Below, one piece after another: positions 1 through 10,129 of a stretch of DNA of 64,000 nt. Where the stretch lies: contig OZ242214.1 in NCBI GenBank assembly GCA_965206595.1, positions 448,001-512,000 on the forward strand. Direction: 5' to 3'. Both the position numbers and the translations under genes were made by a program. The notes under the pieces are model-generated. The model saw only the letters and a program-made list of their open reading frames with translations, made no database searches and was not told the DNA's origin. Positions within the stretch are counted from its first letter, which is position 1. Each line of letters begins with the position of its first letter. The stretch comes from Candidatus Latescibacterota bacterium (GTDB lineage: Bacteria; Latescibacterota; UBA2968; UBA8231).

Positions 1-22
1 ACCCAACAAATCCGGGCGGCGG

Positions 23-1594
23 TCACATGCCCCAGATGTCGATCTCGACGCCGCTGTCCGCTGCCCGCCGGCAGTGGAACAGCCTGTCCTCCCAACGCCG
101 GTCCGCGCGCCGGTCGAAGATCACCAGATGCCCCGCTTCGGCGGCGCAGCGATCCATGTAGCCGGCCGTCTGTTCCACCCCCTCGACCACGGTCTGCTCC
201 AGACTCTTGTGCAGCACCTTGCACTCAATCACGATCTTCCGTGTGCGCCCGCCCTGCGGCCACACGATCAGCAGGTCCGTGCGCGTCCGCCCCAGGCCGT
301 ATTCCCGCTCGATGCGCCCGCCGCTGTTGACGATGCGCTGCAAGAACCCCTGCAACAGCAGTTGCGGACCCGCTTCCTTGTATTGGAACCGTTCGACCCA
401 GTGCTCGGAGTGCTCGCGGAAGAAGCTCTGGAACGCCGCCATCAACTCGACTGCGTTCAGGCCGCCCCCGGCATCGATGTACCAGGCGGTGTCCTGATGG
501 AGCTCCTCCTGGGCTACCCAGGTCAGCTCGCGCGGGACGACTTCGGCGTAGATGGGATTGGCGATGCGCAGCGGACGGTCCTGGGCGATCAGACCGAGAT
601 CCCTCGCGTACTCGATGTCGCGGTCGGTAAAACGGCGTACCTCGCCGCCGCTCAAAAGCGGCTCCACCACGCGCCGCACGCGGTCTTCCTGCAGCTTGTC
701 GGCCAACTGGTCGAGGTGCGTCTCCCGGCGCAGGATGAGCTGCTCTTGCGCCTGGCGGACCGCCTCGGGGGTGACCGGACGGTCCCGGGCCGCCTCAGCA
801 CCGCCCCGGAAGCAGGTTTCGTCGGCCAGCGCGTTGACCAGCCACGGCTGCCCTTGCGTCTGCTGCCAGACGGCGTCCAGCGCCTCGGGGGTGAACACCT
901 GCCCGGTCTCCTCGGTGTGCTGGGCCAGCAGCGCGCGCACCTCCTCCGGCGAGAAGTCGCCCAGGCGTAGCGAGCGCGCCTTGATGTTGAAGGCGCTGCC
1001 GGCGGCGATGACGGCATTGGCGGAACGGGAGTGGATGCGGTAATCGCGGACGTCGCGCACCCCGCACAGCACCACGCTCTGCGGAAAACCGGCCGGACGC
1101 AGGTCGTAGCCGGCGCGCAACTGACGCAGCACCGACAGCAGCGAATCCCCCATCAGCGCGTCGATTTCGTCGATGAGCAGCACCAGGGGTTTGGGAGCGG
1201 CCTCCGCCCAGCGCGTCAACGCCTCGCGCAAGGCACCCGGTCCAAACTCGGCGAAAATGCCGGACCATGTCCCGGACAGAAAGTCGTCGCCCGCCAAACG
1301 CGCCCGGGTCGCCAACTCGCCCAGAATGACACGCATCGCCTGCTCCACGTCTTCGCGCAGGGCTTGAGCACCCTCGATGTTGACATACACGCAACAGTAG
1401 GTTCCCTCGGCGTTGAGCAGGTCGCGCAACGCCAGCAGCGCCGAGGTCTTGCCCGTCTGCCGGGGGGCGTGCAGGACGAAGTACTTCTCGTCCCGGACCA
1501 GTCCGAGCACTTCGGCCATATCCAGGCGATCCAACGGCGAGATGCTGTAGTGCCTTTCAGGCTTGATGGGGCCGCTCGTGTTGAAGAAACGCAT
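23..1594 (-). CDS. AAA-family ATPase with C-terminal PD-(D/E)XK nuclease-like domain
   Basis: Walker A HAPRQTGKT, Walker B LLIDEID, C-terminal REYGLGRTRTDLLI...IVIECK motif; 523 aa. Confidence 0.85.
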   Translation of the reverse strand: MRFFNTSGPIKPERHYSISPLDRLDMAEVLGLVRDEKYFVLHAPRQTGKTSALLALRDLLNAEGTYCCVYVNIEGAQALREDVEQAMRVILGELATRARLAGDDFLSGTWSGIFAEFGPGALREALTRWAEAAPKPLVLLIDEIDALMGDSLLSVLRQLRAGYDLRPAGFPQSVVLCGVRDVRDYRIHSRSANAVIAAGSAFNIKARSLRLGDFSPEEVRALLAQHTEETGQVFTPEALDAVWQQTQGQPWLVNALADETCFRGGAEAARDRPVTPEAVRQAQEQLILRRETHLDQLADKLQEDRVRRVVEPLLSGGEVRRFTDRDIEYARDLGLIAQDRPLRIANPIYAEVVPRELTWVAQEELHQDTAWYIDAGGGLNAVELMAAFQSFFREHSEHWVERFQYKEAGPQLLLQGFLQRIVNSGGRIEREYGLGRTRTDLLIVWPQGGRTRKIVIECKVLHKSLEQTVVEGVEQTAGYMDRCAAEAGHLVIFDRRADRRWEDRLFHCRRAADSGVEIDIWGM

Positions 1595-1938
1595 GACGCA
1601 GGTATCCTCGCTTTATCTCCGGGCGCGCCGACAACGGCGCCGAGGAACGTTGACCAAGGCTGAGCAGTCCGGGCAGGGGAGCCGCCAACCAGGCAATAAG
1701 ATACTCAGGAAGCCGCGACGTTGGAGGGCTTGGGGAAGTCCGTACCTGGCGCGGTCAGTTACCCGGAGCGGAGAGGGGCGGTGAACCGGGGAGGGAAGAG
1801 GCCCCCGGGCCGGTCAGACGGCCCCACATGACCAGGGTGGCCATCGCAGCACCATCGGCGGAGCAGACGAAAGAGCTGGCCGCAAGGAACGCGGGCGCAG
1901 CGATCCGGCCCCAGGGAGGGGAATCCGGTTTCGGGCGG

Positions 1939-2892
1939 TCAGTCGTCGGGCCAGTCGGTCAGCCAGTTGCTGAGCCAGCGGCGCAGTCCGTCGAGAAACG
2001 GTTCACCCCGGTTGGAGACGAAGCAGATGCTCTCGCCGTCCGGGGACCAGACCGGCTCCTGGTCTTCGACGTACCCCGTGGTCAACCGGGTGACGTTGGA
2101 GCCGTCGGCAGCCATGAGGTAGATGTGGAAGTTCCAGTCCCGGTTGGAGACGAAGGCGATCTCCCTGCCGTCCCAGGACCACGCCGGCTGCCGGTCCACG
2201 CCGGGGTGATTAGTGAGGTTGACCACTTCGCCACTGGCAACCTCTACGATGCAGATTTCAAGATTGCCGAAGCGGTCGCTCTCGAAGGCGATGCGACGCC
2301 CGTCCGGGAACCAGACCGGGCGCCCGTCGTACCCCTCATGGCGGCTCAGGTTGCGCAGGTTCCGACCGTCCCCATCGGCGAGGTACACCTCGAGATTGCC
2401 ATCGCGAAAGGTGGTAAAAGCGAGGAGCCGGCCGTCAGGGGACCAGGCCGGCTGGATGCCGTTCTCCACGATCCGCCTGATCGCCGGCTCTCCGGCCCCC
2501 AGCTTCATGACGTAGATGTCGTACAACTCCTCCTGCTCCTCGGTTCTGCCGCCGAAGGCGATCGCCGTACCGTCCGGAAACCAGGAAACGCCGGCCACGC
2601 TGGTTATGTTCGAGGGTACCGGCACTCTCATCAATTTCTCGCCGGCCACAGAAACCACTTCGAACTCATTCTCGTTCCCGTTGTGGGCAACGTACAGAAC
2701 GCTCCGGCCGTCCGGGGACCAGCGTGGGGAGGACGTTCCCCACCCCATCCCTTCGGCGGATATGCGCACGTTGGAAGACCCGTCCCGCGACATGAGAAAT
2801 ACGCTCCCGTGCTCGGAATGGGCTCCCGCATGATTTTGCCAGAGGAGCGAACAGAGCCACACAAGGACCGTCAGCTTGAACGATCCAAGCAT
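1939..2892 (-). CDS. TolB-like beta-propeller (PD40 repeats), secreted
   Basis: Repeated P(A/V/R)W(S/F)PDG..(I/L)AF motifs; N-terminal hydrophobic signal peptide. Confidence 0.85.
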   Translation of the reverse strand: MLGSFKLTVLVWLCSLLWQNHAGAHSEHGSVFLMSRDGSSNVRISAEGMGWGTSSPRWSPDGRSVLYVAHNGNENEFEVVSVAGEKLMRVPVPSNITSVAGVSWFPDGTAIAFGGRTEEQEELYDIYVMKLGAGEPAIRRIVENGIQPAWSPDGRLLAFTTFRDGNLEVYLADGDGRNLRNLSRHEGYDGRPVWFPDGRRIAFESDRFGNLEICIVEVASGEVVNLTNHPGVDRQPAWSWDGREIAFVSNRDWNFHIYLMAADGSNVTRLTTGYVEDQEPVWSPDGESICFVSNRGEPFLDGLRRWLSNWLTDWPDD

Positions 2893-2969
2893 GGGCGGTC
2901 AGAGGATGAGGTGTAGATAAGGAACGGAAAGAATTAGGGGTGTCTACCAGAGGATGGCCAAAACCGTGG

Positions 2970-3932
2970 CTACTCAATCTCCAAGGCGGCCTTGATTCGT
3001 CCCCAGGAATCGGACGAGATCGCAGAGACTTTCGGTTCGTCCAATTCGGGCAGCAGAATACCATCAAAATAATGATCCGCTTTATGGCCCAATATATCAA
3101 TCCAGGTATCCAAGTCTGTGTCGGACGTAGCTTCGGGGCTCCAAAGCATCCAGAAATTATCAGGTGGGTCATAATCATGCACTGCAATCGTAAAACCAAT
3201 GATTTTACCGGCACCTAGATCGCTGACCACGACATCTTCGAGGCTATCCCACGTCTCACCCTTCTTGTCGAATGGAGTAACATACAGCTCGATAACGCTT
3301 ATCGTGGGAGCTTCTCCTGCAACGCCGCCGCCCCCCTCTCCATAGGGGGGCAACGCTGTCCAGGCAAACGAGCCCGTATAAAATCTTGTGGCAGCGTCAT
3401 CCAAGTTCGGACCGTTGGTGTGGGCAATAGCTGAATATCCTTGAGTTTGTCCAGAGAGATCCAGCCATTCCTCCTCTGAGCAACTGGAACAGCCGGCACC
3501 CCCACTATGATCCCCGTCGAATGCCAGCATAATGCTGTCATAGTTATACATATTATCTCGTGAGGATGTAGCCCAATCTACGCTGTAATCGTGTCCGTTC
3601 TTGTATACGTCGTCGCTGGCCACAAAAGCCACATATAAGCGTGCTGGTTCGTCGTGCCATGCCAGCCAGATGCGGAAATCAAGATCGGCAGGATCAAGTG
3701 CCGAACCCTCCAATTCTTCCCTGAAATCCAGCAGGGTCATGGTGGGTTCTCCGAGCAACTCGTACCACTCGTCCACCGAGCCGTCCTTGAGATCGATCCT
3801 TTCCAGCATTTCGTCGCTGAGGTAGGCGATCGGGTATACGCGGTCGCCTACATGGGCGCCGGCGGACATCGCCAACGACAGGAGCAGGCCGAGAGCGGGG
3901 TGCCAAAGTTTCGTGATTGGGTTTTGACTCAT
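2970..3932 (-). CDS. Secreted protein, tandem paralogue 1 (possible CBM9/DOMON-like sugar-binding fold)
   Basis: Signal peptide ending in AGA-HVG; DGSVDEW, WLAWHD..LYVA, D(S)I.L..DGD motifs; C-terminal SWGRIKAALEIE; RBS AAAGGAGGTGA. Confidence 0.75.
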   Translation of the reverse strand: MSQNPITKLWHPALGLLLSLAMSAGAHVGDRVYPIAYLSDEMLERIDLKDGSVDEWYELLGEPTMTLLDFREELEGSALDPADLDFRIWLAWHDEPARLYVAFVASDDVYKNGHDYSVDWATSSRDNMYNYDSIMLAFDGDHSGGAGCSSCSEEEWLDLSGQTQGYSAIAHTNGPNLDDAATRFYTGSFAWTALPPYGEGGGGVAGEAPTISVIELYVTPFDKKGETWDSLEDVVVSDLGAGKIIGFTIAVHDYDPPDNFWMLWSPEATSDTDLDTWIDILGHKADHYFDGILLPELDEPKVSAISSDSWGRIKAALEIE

Positions 3933-4062
3933 CCTTCACCTCCTTTGACCAGTGCAACAGCTGGAAGTGTCGAAGCGACTATAGCGGCAACAAAAAATCG
4001 GGTCTATCCGGGTCCCCTCTTTCCAGGGAATGAGGAGGTGGCGATGTAATGGCCAGTACGAC
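3933..4062 (-). repeat. Conserved intergenic module (TATAGT -10-like box plus RBS), copies at ~3933-4062, ~5011-5130 and more diverged ~6088-6200
   Basis: Shared plus-strand sequence ccttcacctcctttgaccagtgca...gaagcgactatagcgg...gaggaggtggcgatg. Confidence 0.85.
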
Positions 4063-5010
4063 CTAATCGATTTCAAGGGAGTCCTTGATCCGGCCCCACG
4101 AGACCGACTCGACCGCGGAGTCTCCCGGTCCGTCCGTTTCGGCGGGCAGCAGCATGCCGTCGATGAACATGTCGGCCCGAACAGAAAAAATCCGGACCAT
4201 TGCAGGCGGGGAACCGGGGAACATGGCTTCGGGTACCCAGTTTCCTCCACCATTGGAGTCACGGTCATGTACCACTATTGCAAAGCCGATTATCTGCCCC
4301 GCAGCCAGATGGCTGGCCAGACTCCCCTCGATGTCATCGTACAACAGGCGGTCGAACGGCGTGACGTACAGCTCGATAACGCTGATGACGGGCGTTTCCC
4401 CGGCTACCCCACCGCCCCCTTCTCCATAAGGGGGCAGGGCGGTCCAAGCCAATTTTCCGGCCAGTTGCCTGGGGAATCTGTCATCCAAGGTCGGCCCTGA
4501 AGCGGTGCGGGCGATGGCGTCATACCTCTGATTCGACTCCCGGATTTCCACCCCTTGTTCCAAGGAGCAGCCCCCTTCACAGCCTGGACCCCCGCCGTGA
4601 TCTCCGTCAATCACCAGGGTGATGCTGTCATGCGAGTTCATGACATCCTGCCCGGAGCTGCTGTAATCGTGGGTATTGATGTATTCGTCATCGCTGGCCA
4701 CAACGGCCACATAGAAACGGGGCGGATCGTCGTGCCAGGCCAGCCAGATGCGGAAGTCGAGATCGGACGGATCCAGTTCACTATTACCGAACGATTCCGT
4801 GAAGTCCAGCAGGGTCATGGTCGGCTCGCCGACCAGCCCATACCACTCGTCCACCGACCCGTCCTCGAGATCGATCCTTTCCAGCATTTCGTCGCTTAGG
4901 TAGGCGATCGGGTATACGCGGTCGCCGACATGGGCGCCGGCGGGGATCACAAACAAAAGGAGCAGGCCGAGAGCGGGGTGCCAGAGTTTAATGATCGGGT
5001 TGCGGCTCAT
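4063..5010 (-). CDS. Secreted protein, tandem paralogue 2
   Basis: Near-identical N-terminal ~110 aa to neighbours; C-terminal SAVESVSWGRIKDSLEID; same RBS. Confidence 0.75.
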   Translation of the reverse strand: MSRNPIIKLWHPALGLLLLFVIPAGAHVGDRVYPIAYLSDEMLERIDLEDGSVDEWYGLVGEPTMTLLDFTESFGNSELDPSDLDFRIWLAWHDDPPRFYVAVVASDDEYINTHDYSSSGQDVMNSHDSITLVIDGDHGGGPGCEGGCSLEQGVEIRESNQRYDAIARTASGPTLDDRFPRQLAGKLAWTALPPYGEGGGGVAGETPVISVIELYVTPFDRLLYDDIEGSLASHLAAGQIIGFAIVVHDRDSNGGGNWVPEAMFPGSPPAMVRIFSVRADMFIDGMLLPAETDGPGDSAVESVSWGRIKDSLEID

Positions 5011-5130
5011 CCTTCACCTCCTTTGACCAGTGCAGCGGCGGGAATTGTCGAAGCGACTATAGCGGCAACAAAAAATCCGGGTCCCTCTTTCCAGGGAATG
5101 AGGAGGTGGCGATGACATGGCCAGTACGAC

Positions 5131-6087
5131 CTAATCGATTTCAAGGGCGGCCTTGATCCGGCCCCACGAGACCGACCCGACTGCGGAGTCTTTCCCCGGT
5201 TCGACCGGCAGCAGGACCCCATCAATAAAGCGGTCCCCTCGATGGTCCGTTATGTCAAAAAGCGCGGGGCGTTCACCAGACTGCATGGCTTCGGATACCC
5301 AGAACACCCCTTCCTCACTGGATTCAACAGGTTCGTCATTGTCATACACCATCATCGCAAGGCCTATAACCTGTCCCGCGGTGAGATCGCTGACCACCTT
5401 GTCTTCGGGGTTATCCCACGTTCCTCCCCAGAGGTCGAACGGCGTGATGTACAACTCGATGGCGCTGATGGTCGGGTTTTCTCCGAACGCCCCACCGCCT
5501 CCGTCTCCATAGGGTGGCAAGACCGTCCAGGGGAACGTTCCCGCCCTGTACCTGGTGCCTATGTCATCCAAAATGGGGCCGCTGGCGGTGCGGGCAATCG
5601 CCTCGTAGTACTGCGTCTGTCCACGAATCTCCAACAAATCTTCTTCCGAGCAGCTCACGGAACAACCCGCACCTCCGCTGTGATCTCCATCGATTGCCAA
5701 CAAGATACTATCATTCCACAGTATACCATCCTGTGCACTGTAGTCGTGGGTGTTCTTGTACACGTCATCGCTGGCCACGAAGGCGACGTAGAAGCGAGCC
5801 GGGTCGTCGTGCCAGGCCAGCCAGATGCGGAAGTCCAGATCGGACGGATCAGGTTCTCTTTGTCCCCAATTGTCTGCAAAGTCCAGCAGCGTCATGGTGG
5901 GCTCCCCGACCAGCTCGTACCACTCGTCCACCGAGCCGTCCTCGAGATCGATCCTTTCCAGCATTTCGTCGCTGAGATAGGCGATCGGGTACACGCGGTA
6001 TCCGACGTGGGCGCTGGCCGACATCGCCAACGACAGAACCAGACCGAGAGCGGGATACCACTGCTTTTTGGTGTGGTTACGGCTCAT
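5131..6087 (-). CDS. Secreted protein, tandem paralogue 3
   Basis: True start MSRNHTKKQW at 6087 inside the 919-aa ORF, matching paralogue starts and RBS; C-terminal SAVGSVSWGRIKAALEID. Confidence 0.75.
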   Translation of the reverse strand: MSRNHTKKQWYPALGLVLSLAMSASAHVGYRVYPIAYLSDEMLERIDLEDGSVDEWYELVGEPTMTLLDFADNWGQREPDPSDLDFRIWLAWHDDPARFYVAFVASDDVYKNTHDYSAQDGILWNDSILLAIDGDHSGGAGCSVSCSEEDLLEIRGQTQYYEAIARTASGPILDDIGTRYRAGTFPWTVLPPYGDGGGGAFGENPTISAIELYITPFDLWGGTWDNPEDKVVSDLTAGQVIGLAMMVYDNDEPVESSEEGVFWVSEAMQSGERPALFDITDHRGDRFIDGVLLPVEPGKDSAVGSVSWGRIKAALEID

Positions 6088-6299
6088 CCTTGACCTCCTT
6101 TGACCAGTGCAGCAGATGGAATTGCCGAAGCGACTATAGCGGAAACAACCCCCGGGTTCCTCATTGCATTGGAAAGACGGGGTGGCCATGGGATGACCGG
6201 TACACTGCCTGATCGACTTCCAGGACGAGCCCTGAACAGCGCTTGCGACCCGGTGACCCCGCTCAATGCCATGATCTTCCCGGACCCGGCCTGCAAGGG

Positions 6300-8027
6300 T
6301 CATCCCCGGGAAGCGCGAATTTCGCTGCGCTGCCTGTCGGTTTCCTCCTCGAGCACCCCCAAGCCGTCGTCGAGGACGACCCCGTATTCCCGGCGCGCCG
6401 ACTGCAGCGACACCTTGCCGTTGCCGACGTCCCGGGCGACCTCCTGGGGCGGCCGCTCCAGCGGGTCGCCCCAGCCGCCCCCGCCCGGCTGCCGGTGGTA
6501 TAGGCTCTCCCCCGCGGCGAGCCGGGTCGAGATCATGGTGGGAAGCACCTCGTCGCCTCCGGGTCCGCGCCGGATCGAGTTCGACGGCGATCCCGGCAGG
6601 CCGCCGTACAGCCCGTACGGCAGGTGGTCGCGGCGGTCGGAGCGGATGGCGAGGTGGGCGTCGTCCCTCAGCAGGGTCCACTCGCGCTCGATCGCCATGC
6701 CGCCGCGGTACTTGCCGGCGCCGCCGCTGTCGTCGACGAGGCCGTAGCGCTCGATGCGGAGCGGGTATTCGGACTCCGCCTGCTCGACAGGGACGTTGCT
6801 GGCGACGTTGGCGGGATTGGTGATGCCGTCGATGCCGTCGCGGTCGGGGCGCCCGCCCCAGGTCCCGCAGATGAGCTCGAAGTAGACGTACGGGGACTTG
6901 TCCTCGTGCTCGCCGCCTATGATCACCAGCGAGTTGCCGCCCTCGCCAGCGGCCATGACCCGGTCCGGCACGATCCCCGACAGCGCCCCGAACATGGTGT
7001 CGACGAGGCGGAAGCCGGTGATCCCGCGCATCGACGAGGCCGCGGGCATCACTCCGTGGACCACCGTGCCCGGCTCGGTGACGATCCGGATGGGGCGGAA
7101 CATGCCGGCGGTGTTGGGGATCTCCTCGCGGAAGCACGAGCGCACGCAGAGGGTGGCGACCGACGCGGTGAAGGAGAGGGAGTTGTTGATCGCCCCGGGG
7201 GCCTGGGGGTCGGTGCCGCGGAAGTCGGCGGTGAGAGAATCCCCTTCGACGGTGATCGTCACTTTTAGCTTCACGCGCGGGCCGCCGACGCCGTTGCTGT
7301 CGAGGTAGTCGGTGAAGGTGTGGCTGCCGTCCGGCCAGGAGGCGATCTCGGCGCGCACCAGCCGCTCGGTGTAGTCGATGAGGTCGGCGGCGCAGCTCCT
7401 GAAGGTCTCGACCCCGTACTTGGCGGCCAGCTCGAGGATGCGGCGTTCGCCGATGTGGCAGGCCGACAGCTGGGCGTTGAGGTCGCCGAGGGTCATGCGG
7501 GGGACGCGCACGTTGGCGCGCAGCAAGGTGTAGAGGGCGTCGTCCGGGACGCCGCGGTGATGGAGCTTCAGCCACGGAATGCGCAGGCCGTCGTGGAAGA
7601 TCTCGGTGTTGTCGCAGGCGGAGCTGCCGGGTAAGCGGCCGCCGAGGTCGAGGTGGTGGGCGGTGCTGACCGCGAACCCGATCCTCTCCTCCTCGCGGAA
7701 GATCGGCTTGACGATGAAGATGTCGGGGATGTGCATGCCGCCGTCGAACGGGTCGTTCATGATGAAGACGTCCCCGGGCTCCATGTCCCCCTCGAACTTG
7801 GCGAACAGGGTCTCCATGGCGTAGGGGACGGCGCCGAGATGCAGGGGGATGGTGACCCCCTGGGCGATCATGTCGCCGTTGGCGTCGCACAGGGAGGTCG
7901 AGTAGTCGAGGCAGTCGCGGACCACCGTCGAGTAGGCGGTGCGGTAGAGGGCGACGGCCATCTCGTCGGCGGTGGCGGCCAGGGCGTTCTGGATGATTTC
8001 CCGGGTAATGGGATCGATGGCGCTCAT
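6300..8027 (-). CDS. Hydantoinase B/oxoprolinase family protein
   Basis: MSAIDPITREII start, NDPFDGGMHIPD, HHLDLGG, DSGGAGKYRGG, PGGGGWGDP; ATGA overlap with upstream gene. Confidence 0.93.
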   Translation of the reverse strand: MSAIDPITREIIQNALAATADEMAVALYRTAYSTVVRDCLDYSTSLCDANGDMIAQGVTIPLHLGAVPYAMETLFAKFEGDMEPGDVFIMNDPFDGGMHIPDIFIVKPIFREEERIGFAVSTAHHLDLGGRLPGSSACDNTEIFHDGLRIPWLKLHHRGVPDDALYTLLRANVRVPRMTLGDLNAQLSACHIGERRILELAAKYGVETFRSCAADLIDYTERLVRAEIASWPDGSHTFTDYLDSNGVGGPRVKLKVTITVEGDSLTADFRGTDPQAPGAINNSLSFTASVATLCVRSCFREEIPNTAGMFRPIRIVTEPGTVVHGVMPAASSMRGITGFRLVDTMFGALSGIVPDRVMAAGEGGNSLVIIGGEHEDKSPYVYFELICGTWGGRPDRDGIDGITNPANVASNVPVEQAESEYPLRIERYGLVDDSGGAGKYRGGMAIEREWTLLRDDAHLAIRSDRRDHLPYGLYGGLPGSPSNSIRRGPGGDEVLPTMISTRLAAGESLYHRQPGGGGWGDPLERPPQEVARDVGNGKVSLQSARREYGVVLDDGLGVLEEETDRQRSEIRASRG

Positions 8028-10129
8028 GCGGGACCGGTCTCTATCAGGAGGTTGCCCCGGTGGTCGCGGCGCGCCCGCGCCCCGGGGGGGACGACGATGG
8101 TCGAGTCGTACTCGTCGATCAGCAACGGCCCGTCCGCCCATGCGCCGAGGTCGCCGCGCGCCACCACCGGGGTGGAGATCGACCCGAGGTTGCCGAAGTA
8201 CGCGGTGCGTTCGCCCCCTTCCTCGGCAGCGCCGGCAGGCTCGGTGCGTCCGGGAAGGCCGCTTCCACCGGTGCGCCCGATGCCGCGTACGGCGATCACC
8301 TCGATCGGGTTGTCCGGGTCGGAGCGGTGTCCGTACAGGCGCTCGTGCTCCTCCTCGAAGTGCGCGGACAGCCGCGGGATCACCTCTCCGTCCATGGCCC
8401 CCCGCAGCTCGATCCGGATCTCGGAGGCCTGCCCCTTGAAGCGCATGTCGACGGAGCAGAGCAGCTCGACCTCATCCTCTGGGAACCCCTCGGAGCGGAA
8501 GCGCTCTCCGAGGGCGGCGTCGATCTCGCCGCGGATCGCCGCCAGGGCCTGAGAGGTCAGCTGCTCCCCGGAGAGCAGGCAGCTGCGGACTTCGTGGTGC
8601 TCGACCCCGGAGCAGAGCAGCCCGACGGCGCTGAACAACCCCGGGTTCGGGGGCACGATGACGGTGGCGATGGCCAGCTCGCGCGCCAGCCCGGCGGCGT
8701 GGACGGGCCCGGCGCCTCCGAAGGCGATCAGCGCGAAGTCGCGGGGGTCGCGGCCGCGCTCCGTCGAGACCGAGCGCAGGGCGCGCATGGTGCGGGCGTT
8801 GGCGATGCGGTGGATGCCCTCGGCCGCGGCGAGCAGGTCGAGGCCGAGCGGCGCCGCGACGCGGTCGGCGATCACCGCCGCGGCCGCCTCCGGGTCGATG
8901 CGGACCTCGCCGTCGGCGAGCGCTCCCGGGCGGATGTACCCGAGGGCGACGTCGGCGTCGGTCAGGGTCGGCTCGGTGCCGCCGCGGCCGTAGCAGACCG
9001 GGCCGGGAACGGCACCGGCGCTGTGCGGCCCGACCCGCAGGCCGCCGGCGGCGTCGAGGAAGGCGATGCTGCCGCCGCCGGCCCCGACCTCGGCAATGTC
9101 GAGGCTGGGAGCGCGTATCAGCTCGCCGCCGCCCCCCATCAGCCGGCTCCCGGCGGACAGGGTGGAGCCGACCTCGTACTCCGGGCTGTAGCCGACGCGG
9201 CCCCCCTCGATCATCGAGGCCTTCGCCGTCGTCCCTCCCATGTCGAGGGTGATGACGTTGCCGATCCCCCCGGCTTCGGCCGCCGCGGCCGCGGCCAGCA
9301 CTCCGGCCGCGGGCCCGGACTCGAGGACGAAAACCGGCCGCTCCACGGCGTCCGCCTCCGGGGTCAGGCCGCCCGCCGACTGCATGATCAGCAACGGGGC
9401 GTCGCAGCCAATGCCGCGCAGGCCGTCGCCCAGGGCCCCGAGATACCCCTTCATCACCGGGCGCACGTAGGCGTTGACGACCGTCGTCGCGGTGCGCTCG
9501 TACTCCTTGCGCTCGGGCAGCACCTGGTGGGATAGCGAGACCGGGATCCCGGGCAGCTCGCGGCTCAGATAGTCGCCGACCGCCTGCTCGTGCCCGGGGT
9601 GGGCGTAGGAGTGCAGCAGGCAGACCGCCACCGATTCGATCTCCTCGCCCGACAGCCGCTCCCCGACGGCGCGCAGCTCCTCCTCGACGAGCGGCCGCAG
9701 CACCTCGCCGTCGGCGGCGACGCGCTCGCTCAGCTCGAGGCGCAGGCTGCGCTCGACGAGCTGCGGCGGTTTGTCCCAGAAGAGGTCGTAGATCTGCGGG
9801 GCGCGGATGCGGCGCAGCTCGAGGACGTCGCGGAAGCCGCCGGTGGTCACCAGGGCGGTGCGCGCGCCGCGGCGCTCGAGCACGGCGTTGGTCGCCACCG
9901 TCGTTCCGTGCGCCACCTCGCCGACCTCGGAGGCGGAGGTCCCGGACCGCTCGAGCAGGTGCCGGGTGGCCTCGAGCACGGCACGCTCGAAGTCGGGCGG
10001 CGTCGACGGGACCTTGTGGGTCCAGACCGAACCGCGGCCGTCGACGAGGACGACGTCGGTGAAGGTGCCGCCGACGTCGGCGCTCACGCGCACGCGGCCG
10101 GGGGTGGATGCGATGGGTTCAGTGTTCAT
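8024..10129 (-). CDS. Hydantoinase A/oxoprolinase family protein
   Basis: DVGGTFTD, HGTTVATNA, ESGPAAG, DMGGTT, GAGGGS, FGGAGPVHA; start MNTEP at 10129. Confidence 0.93.
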   Translation of the reverse strand: MNTEPIASTPGRVRVSADVGGTFTDVVLVDGRGSVWTHKVPSTPPDFERAVLEATRHLLERSGTSASEVGEVAHGTTVATNAVLERRGARTALVTTGGFRDVLELRRIRAPQIYDLFWDKPPQLVERSLRLELSERVAADGEVLRPLVEEELRAVGERLSGEEIESVAVCLLHSYAHPGHEQAVGDYLSRELPGIPVSLSHQVLPERKEYERTATTVVNAYVRPVMKGYLGALGDGLRGIGCDAPLLIMQSAGGLTPEADAVERPVFVLESGPAAGVLAAAAAAEAGGIGNVITLDMGGTTAKASMIEGGRVGYSPEYEVGSTLSAGSRLMGGGGELIRAPSLDIAEVGAGGGSIAFLDAAGGLRVGPHSAGAVPGPVCYGRGGTEPTLTDADVALGYIRPGALADGEVRIDPEAAAAVIADRVAAPLGLDLLAAAEGIHRIANARTMRALRSVSTERGRDPRDFALIAFGGAGPVHAAGLARELAIATVIVPPNPGLFSAVGLLCSGVEHHEVRSCLLSGEQLTSQALAAIRGEIDAALGERFRSEGFPEDEVELLCSVDMRFKGQASEIRIELRGAMDGEVIPRLSAHFEEEHERLYGHRSDPDNPIEVIAVRGIGRTGGSGLPGRTEPAGAAEEGGERTAYFGNLGSISTPVVARGDLGAWADGPLLIDEYDSTIVVPPGARARRDHRGNLLIETGPA

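Noticed and set aside
1895-1925. PWGRI relic downstream of the TolB-like gene resembling the SWGRIK tail
   Set aside because: Five-residue match, out of frame; may be chance
5131-7890. 919-aa ORF as one protein
   Set aside because: The N-terminal ~600 aa is an Arg/Pro-rich off-frame shadow of hydantoinase B; the real gene starts at 6087
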